Positions 58,654-64,000 of a DNA stretch of 64,000 bases are shown here, one piece after another. This stretch comes from an uncultured Chloroflexia bacterium. GTDB lineage: Bacteria; Chloroflexota; Limnocylindria; Limnocylindrales; CSP1-4. Numbering within the stretch: position 1 is the stretch's first letter; every line of letters begins with the position of its first letter. A model generated the notes under the pieces. That model was not told the origin of the DNA, did no database searches, and saw only the letters and a program-made list of their open reading frames with translations. The translations under genes and the position numbers were made by a program. Where the stretch lies: the NCBI GenBank assembly GCA_963748625.1, contig CAVVJT010000007.1:1024001-1088000 (forward strand). Reading direction: 5' to 3'.

Positions 58654-59591
58654 CCGGCTCGTCCATCACCCGCCGGGGCGCGGGAACCGCCATCGCGATG
58701 GCAGTCCTGCTGGCCGCGCTCGTCGGAGCCTGCGGGGGCAGCGCGCCGACGCCGGCGGCCGGGGGCGCGCCCGTCAAGGTCGTCGCCACCACCACCGTCT
58801 TCGCCGACCTCGTCGCCCAGGTGGGCGGCGACCGCGTCGAGGTCTCCAGCCTCGTGCCCAAGGGCGGCGAGGTCCACACCTTCGACCCGACGCCCAGCGA
58901 CATCCGACGCGTGGTGGAGGCGGACCTGATCGTCCGCAACGGCCTGGGCCTGGACGACTGGCTCGCCGCGCTCGTGGCGGATGCGGGCGCGACCGCCCCT
59001 GTCGTGGTCCTCGGGGAGGACCTCGACGGCGTGGACTACCTCGGCGGCGATCCCGATCACGGCGAGGAGGTCAACCCGCACCTCTGGCTCGACGTGGCCT
59101 ACGCGAAGGCCTACGTCGGGCGCATCGCCGCGGCCCTGTCGGCTGCCGATCCTGACGCCGCCGCGGGCTACCAGGAGCGGGCAGCGGCCTATGGCGCTGA
59201 GCTTGCGACACTGGACACGGAGATCCGGGAGCGCCTGGGCGCCATCCCGGAGGCCGACCGGCTCGTCATCTCCTTCCACGATGCCTTCCCGTACTTCGCC
59301 CGCGCCTACGGGCTGGTGATCGACGGCACGATCGTGGAGGCACCGGGCCAGGATCCGAGCGCGGGCCAGATCGCGGACCTCGTCGCCGCGATCGACGACA
59401 AGGGGATCAGCGCGATCCTGGCCGAGGTCCAGTTCAACGACGAGCTGGCCCAGGCGATCGCGGCCGAGACGGATGCCGTGGTCGTGAGCGACCTGTACAC
59501 GGACACATTGGGTGACGCCCCCCTGGACACGTATGGCGCGATCATGCGCTCCAACGTGGACCGCATCGTGGAGGCGCTCTCGGGCAGGTAG
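58650..59591 (+). CDS. metal ABC transporter substrate-binding lipoprotein (ZnuA/TroA class)
   Basis: Lipobox VGAC; ligands in EVHTFDP, NPHLW, FHDAF, YTD. Confidence 0.93.
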   Translation: MTGSSITRRGAGTAIAMAVLLAALVGACGGSAPTPAAGGAPVKVVATTTVFADLVAQVGGDRVEVSSLVPKGGEVHTFDPTPSDIRRVVEADLIVRNGLGLDDWLAALVADAGATAPVVVLGEDLDGVDYLGGDPDHGEEVNPHLWLDVAYAKAYVGRIAAALSAADPDAAAGYQERAAAYGAELATLDTEIRERLGAIPEADRLVISFHDAFPYFARAYGLVIDGTIVEAPGQDPSAGQIADLVAAIDDKGISAILAEVQFNDELAQAIAAETDAVVVSDLYTDTLGDAPLDTYGAIMRSNVDRIVEALSGR

Positions 59592-59795
59592 GCCACATGG
59601 CCCGGGAGTGCGGCCAGGGCACGCGGTACCCCGGTCCCACGCTCCCGCCAGGACCATCGACTGCCCGGCAGGTGAAACCTTCGGGCGCTTGGGCGCCTCG
59701 GAGTCTCGCCACACACTTCCGGGAGTTGCCATGACCCACGCCCTGCGTCCCCATTCCCTCTGCAGCCCCTCGCCGCGATCCGCGGACAGGCCGGC

Positions 59796-60500
59796 ATGCG
59801 CCTGAGCCCCACCCTCCTGGTCGCCCTCGGCGCCATCGTCACGCTCGTGGCGCTCGCCATCACCGACCAGGTCGTCCCCGCATCCGATCCCCGCACCGCC
59901 GAGGTGCGGCCGTGGATCGCCGCGCGGGCGCTCGGTGTCACCGCGTACCTGCTCCTCGCCTTCGAGGTGGCCCTTGGACTCGTGTTGAGCCATCCGCGCA
60001 ACACGTCCGCGTGGCGCAAGACCAGGCAGATCCTCCCGTGGCACGAGCTGGTCACGGTCTTCCTGGGCGCATTCCTTGCGCTCCACATCGTCCTGCTCGC
60101 GGTGGACGAGTTCGCGGGCGTCGGCTGGATCGGCGTGTTCGTCCCGGGCAGCGGCACCTACCGCCCGCCCGCGATCGCCGTCGGTTCGGTGGCGATGTAC
60201 GCCCTGGTCATCACCGCGGTGACCGCGAAGTGGGCGCGCCTCCTGCCATCAGGCTGGTGGCTCAGGATCCACCGATTTGCCGCCGTCGCCTTCCTGCTCA
60301 GCTGGGTCCACGCGATCCTCGCGGGCACCGATGGGGGCGCCCTGACCCCGCTCTACCTCGCCACGGGCCTGCTGATCCTTGCGCTCGGCACGCACCGCTG
60401 GTGGACCTCAAAGGTCCGCCCCCAGCGTTCGTCGCCTGCGGGCGATGCGCCCCTCGCCCTCGCCCGGTCCCGGCCGGCGTCGTCCCCGGAGGAGTCGTGA
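59796..60500 (+). CDS. ferric reductase-like (MsrQ-like) transmembrane cytochrome b; may start at 59731 via a frameshift
   Basis: About 6 TM helices with four His (WHE, LHI, IHR, VHA); W..ARA.G and W..IHR motifs. Confidence 0.85.
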   Translation: MRLSPTLLVALGAIVTLVALAITDQVVPASDPRTAEVRPWIAARALGVTAYLLLAFEVALGLVLSHPRNTSAWRKTRQILPWHELVTVFLGAFLALHIVLLAVDEFAGVGWIGVFVPGSGTYRPPAIAVGSVAMYALVITAVTAKWARLLPSGWWLRIHRFAAVAFLLSWVHAILAGTDGGALTPLYLATGLLILALGTHRWWTSKVRPQRSSPAGDAPLALARSRPASSPEES

Positions 60501-61009
60501 TGAACCGAGAACTAGTGACCAGGTGGGCGCGGCGCGGCGCCGTCCTCGTGACGACTGCGGCGGTGCTCGTCGTGGGCGTGAGCACGGTGCAGGTGGCGGC
60601 TGACTGGCGCAAGGCGTCGGCGCCGCTCGACACCGCCCCTGTGGGCATGAGCACCATCGAGGACGACTTCACCGCCGAGACCGGGCGTACGGATGAGCTC
60701 TCGGGCCAGATCGACGACGTTGCCGCGCAGATCTCGGACCTCAAGGTCGCACTCATCGCCGCGAACGGGTCCATGGCAACCGACCAGGAGCAGGCGACGG
60801 TCCTCCAGGCACAGCTCGAGAGCTCCGCCGCGAAGCTCAAGACCCTCCAGCGCCAGCTCAAGGCAGCGCAACGGCGCTTGACCGAGCTCAACCGCGCGGC
60901 CGCACGGCAAGCGGAGCTCAACCGCCAGGGTGGCGCGCGGAGCGCGGGCTCCGGGACTTCGACGCGGCCCCCGGCCGATGACGACGATGGGGAGGAGGAC
61001 GATGACTGA
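60500..61009 (+). CDS. membrane-anchored or exported coiled-coil protein
   Basis: GGAGG SD; ARR plus hydrophobic helix, long heptad region, acidic tail. Confidence 0.8.
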   Translation: MNRELVTRWARRGAVLVTTAAVLVVGVSTVQVAADWRKASAPLDTAPVGMSTIEDDFTAETGRTDELSGQIDDVAAQISDLKVALIAANGSMATDQEQATVLQAQLESSAAKLKTLQRQLKAAQRRLTELNRAAARQAELNRQGGARSAGSGTSTRPPADDDDGEEDDD

Positions 61010-61598
61010 GCGCGCCCTCCCCCAGGTCTCCGTCGGGACCAGGGCAACGACCGCAGCCGGGGTCGCCGCGCCGGGTGTGGTGGCGCCGGGTGTCGCCGCA
61101 GGGACGCGGCCGGCTGCCGGTGGGGTGGCGCGACCCGCCGTCCGCCGCAACGAGGCCATCCTGACCATGCCGGCACGCGCCGGGATCCTGCTCGGCGCCT
61201 CCGCCGCCGTCTACGCGGTCACGCTGGCCGGGGTCGCGGTCATGCAGTCCGAGACGGATGCCCAGGTGAGCGCTGCGCGCGCGCCGTACGTGGATGAGGT
61301 CACGCAGCTCCGAGCGGCCAACGATGAGCTCGAGCGCGTCCTGCTCCGGGCCGACGCCCAGGCGCGGGCGCTCGCTGCCGACTACGGCGCGGTCGGGGCG
61401 ACGGTGACCGACTACCAGGCACGCCTGGACTCGCTCGCCACGCTCGTGGCCGAGGTCCAGGGCTCGGCGGCGGCGCTGCCCGCCCGGATCAAGCTGCCGA
61501 GCGTCAGCATGCGCGGCGCGATCGCCGGCAGCTCCCGCTCGTCACGTGGCGGCTCGGCGCCGTCGACCAATGCCACGTCAGGCGCCTCCGGAGGCTGA
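61002..61598 (+). CDS. membrane-anchored coiled-coil protein with C-terminal SGAS motif (candidate flavinylation substrate)
   Basis: GGAGG SD; TM helix, heptad region, Ser/Gly linker, ends NATSGASGG. Confidence 0.8.
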   Translation: MTERALPQVSVGTRATTAAGVAAPGVVAPGVAAGTRPAAGGVARPAVRRNEAILTMPARAGILLGASAAVYAVTLAGVAVMQSETDAQVSAARAPYVDEVTQLRAANDELERVLLRADAQARALAADYGAVGATVTDYQARLDSLATLVAEVQGSAAALPARIKLPSVSMRGAIAGSSRSSRGGSAPSTNATSGASGG

Positions 61599-62607
61599 TC
61601 CCGTCATCACGGATCCTCGGGCCGCAAGCCCCCAAGGCGACGGCCCGGACAGGATCGTCGCCTTCTCCGCGCGCGCGCTCGGGTCCACGCTCCGGCTCAG
61701 CGTGCGAGACCACGCCGGCGCCGTGCCCGGGCCGGAGATCAGCGAGGCGGCCGCCCGAGCCTGGGACGCGGTGCGCGCGGAGTTCGACGCCGTGGACCGC
61801 GCCCTGTCCCGCTTCCGCGATGACTCGGAGCTGACCCTGCTCAACCGCCTTGCCGGCACCGGTGCGGTGGTCCCCGTGTCGCGGCGCACGCGGATCGCGC
61901 TGGCCACCGCAGATCGCGCCAGCCGCGTCACCGGCAACCGGTTCGACGCGAGCATCCTGGGCGCCCTCGAGCGCATCGGCGAGCAGGGGGCTGACCTCGG
62001 GACGGCGTCCAGCGCCGAGCTCGCCGTCCCTATCGAGGAACGGACCAGCCGCGCGCATGTCCCACCGGTGCCGCTCGACATGGGCGGGATCGGCAAGGGG
62101 CTGGCGTTGCGCTGGGCCGCAGCCGCCGCACGGCCGTATCTGCCCGACGAAGCGGGCATGCTGCTCGAGGCGGGCGGTGACATCGTCGCGGCCGGCACAC
62201 CCCTCCAGGAGGGCTGGCGCGTCGGGGTCGAGGACCCGGTCGCCGATCCCGGTGCGGAGGCGCCGCCGCTGGTGGTGCTCGACCTGCCCGATGGCGCGGT
62301 GGCCACCTCATCGGTCCGCGTGCGCAACTGGCTGGGACCCGACGGACGGCCCGTTCACCACCTCGTCGATCCTGCCACGCGCGAGCCGGCCCGGACGGGT
62401 TTGGTCGCCGTGACGGTCGCCCGGTCCGACGCCGCATGGGCGGAGATCTGGAGCAAGGCGCTGTTCGTGCTCGGACGGGACCGGATTGCGGACGAGGCGC
62501 GCGCCCGCGGGCTTGCCGCTTGGTGGGTCGATGATCGCGGGCGCCTCGGGATGACCCCCGAGGCCCGCATCCGCACGCTCTGGGCGGCCGAGGACCGTCT
62601 CGGCTAG
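61570..62607 (+). CDS. apbE: FAD:protein FMN transferase (start uncertain)
   Basis: ALGS, LSRFRDDSEL..LN, RFDAS, DMGGIGKG, AGGD, VATSS, HHLVDP. Confidence 0.93.
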   Translation: MPRQAPPEADPVITDPRAASPQGDGPDRIVAFSARALGSTLRLSVRDHAGAVPGPEISEAAARAWDAVRAEFDAVDRALSRFRDDSELTLLNRLAGTGAVVPVSRRTRIALATADRASRVTGNRFDASILGALERIGEQGADLGTASSAELAVPIEERTSRAHVPPVPLDMGGIGKGLALRWAAAAARPYLPDEAGMLLEAGGDIVAAGTPLQEGWRVGVEDPVADPGAEAPPLVVLDLPDGAVATSSVRVRNWLGPDGRPVHHLVDPATREPARTGLVAVTVARSDAAWAEIWSKALFVLGRDRIADEARARGLAAWWVDDRGRLGMTPEARIRTLWAAEDRLG

Positions 62608-62663
62608 GGCGAACTGGTGCAGCCCTGGGCCGCCAAGCCCGCGCCGGTCAGACCATCGCCGGG

Positions 62664-63695
62664 TCAGCTGGGGTGCTGGCGCTCCGCCGCCGCGGCCGCC
62701 TCGGCCTCTGCGCGCAGCTGGGAGGGCGGTGTCTCGCCCAAGGCGATCGCAAGCTCATCGAGCGTCGGATAGCCCTCGCGCGCCCCGGCCCGCGTCACGC
62801 TGATGCTGGCCGCCACGACGGCGCGCCGCGCTGCCGACTCGAGGTCCAGGCCACCGGCGAGCGCCGCGGCAAGGGCACCGTTGAGCGCGTCGCCCGCACC
62901 CGTCGCGTCGATCGCCTTGACCTTCGGCGCCTTGATGTCGATGACGGGACCGTCCCGCTGGACGAGCGCGGCACCCGAGGCTCCGAGGGTCACGAAGATC
63001 GCCCTGGCGGCACCCGGGCCGTCCGCCGTCGCCTCGAGCAGGAGGCGTGCGGATTTGATCGGATCGTCCGTGGCCGGCGTGGGCCTCCCGGCGCGCTTCG
63101 CGTCCTCCGTCACGAGGAGGGCCAGCTCACCGCGGTTGGGGACGACGACATCGGCCAGGCCGATGACCGAGCGGTCCAGGCCGCCGGCCGGCGCCGGATT
63201 GAGGATCGTCCAGGCCCCGCCCTGGCGGCCGATGCGGAGCGCCTCACGAGCGGCGTCCGTGGAGATCTCGTGGGTGACGATGACGGCGTCGCCGGTGTGC
63301 GGATTGAGCCGGCCGAGTGCGTCGCGCACGTGGGCGGCGGTAAGGCCCGCGTTGGCGCCCGGGGCGACCGCGATCTGATTCTCGGCCTTGGCGTCCACCA
63401 GGATCAGGGCGACGCCCGTCGCCGTGTGATCAAGCGTCACGAGGACATCGGTGCCGATCCCCTCGCGGGCGAGCGCCTGCCGCGCATCCATGGCGAACTC
63501 GTCATCACCCAGCGCCGCGACAAGCATGACCGGGACGCCGAGGCGCGCGGCAGCCACCGCCTGGTTGCCGCCCTTGCCGCCGTGGAACCGTGTGAATGTC
63601 CCGCCCAGCACCGTCTCGCCCGGCTGGGGCAGACGCTCGGTCTGCACCACCAGGTCGATGTTGACGGACCCGACGACCAGGACTCGACCGCTCAC
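62664..63695 (-). CDS. rbsK: ribokinase (PfkB family)
   Basis: VGSVNIDL, GGKGGNQA.AAARLG, ILNPAP, DATGAGD. Confidence 0.9.
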   Translation of the reverse strand: MSGRVLVVGSVNIDLVVQTERLPQPGETVLGGTFTRFHGGKGGNQAVAAARLGVPVMLVAALGDDEFAMDARQALAREGIGTDVLVTLDHTATGVALILVDAKAENQIAVAPGANAGLTAAHVRDALGRLNPHTGDAVIVTHEISTDAAREALRIGRQGGAWTILNPAPAGGLDRSVIGLADVVVPNRGELALLVTEDAKRAGRPTPATDDPIKSARLLLEATADGPGAARAIFVTLGASGAALVQRDGPVIDIKAPKVKAIDATGAGDALNGALAAALAGGLDLESAARRAVVAASISVTRAGAREGYPTLDELAIALGETPPSQLRAEAEAAAAAERQHPS

Positions 63696-63734
63696 CTGAC
63701 CGTCCCTCAATCCTTTCCCTGGTACCGGCTCCGT

Positions 63735-64000
63735 CTAGGAGCCGGTGATGAACTCGCCACCGTCGACGCCGATGACCTCGCCGTTGATGAAGCCGGTGCC
63801 CTCACCCGAGAGCGTGAGGATCGCGCTGGCGACGTCCTGGGGCGTCGTCATCCGACCGGTGGGGTTCCGCCGCGTGGCGGCCTCGATGATGGCGTCCTTC
63901 TCGGGGATCTTCATGAGCGCCGGCGTCAGCGTGACGCCCGCGCGGATCGTGTTGGCCGTGATGCCGGTGCCCAGCCGGGCCAGCTCCATCGCGAGCTGGC
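63735..64000 (-). CDS. SDR-family reductase, enoyl-ACP reductase FabL-like (partial)
   Basis: ELARLG..ANTIRAGVT.TPAL, NPTGRMTTPQDVA, INGEVIGVDGG. Confidence 0.75.
   Translation of the reverse strand, partial: QLAMELARLGTGITANTIRAGVTLTPALMKIPEKDAIIEAATRRNPTGRMTTPQDVASAILTLSGEGTGFINGEVIGVDGGEFITGS

Overview
High-GC (roughly 70%, estimated by eye) bacterial chromosomal window. Gene content and promoter style suggest Chloroflexota or Actinomycetota (inference). I saw no rRNA, tRNA, CRISPR array or transposase. 1-15 kb is a catabolic region: a PotA-class ABC transporter, two FAD-dependent oxidoreductases, and a visibly more AT-rich block with close homologues of E. coli ygcU/ygcW/ygcE plus ETF, an enolase-superfamily enzyme and an RpiR regulator. 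It is followed by an IscR-like Rrf2-sufC-sufS operon lacking sufBD, a SARP-STAND-TM-solute-binding-protein regulator, and a 4xGAF/2xGGDEF/EAL enzyme. The middle holds pabB/pabC-like genes, an ECF sigma/anti-sigma pair, kamA, MMPL plus an AttH-like lipoprotein, and DsbA/VKOR. The right end has a Fur/Zur metal ABC operon, a flavinylation cluster and ribokinase. The best candidate for an undescribed system is the flavinylation cluster at 59.7-62.6 kb: a ferric-reductase-like membrane cytochrome b, two membrane-anchored coiled-coil proteins (one ending in an SGAS motif) and a signal-less ApbE. Non-coding signals include a triplicated stop/start relay of 9-codon mini-ORFs between pabB and pabC, three probable CTG start codons, many leaderless promoters, many unrelated short tandem duplications and three inverted-repeat intergenic elements. 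Most frameshifts in the first 17 kb look like assembly indels. All family calls come from motif recognition, not database searches.
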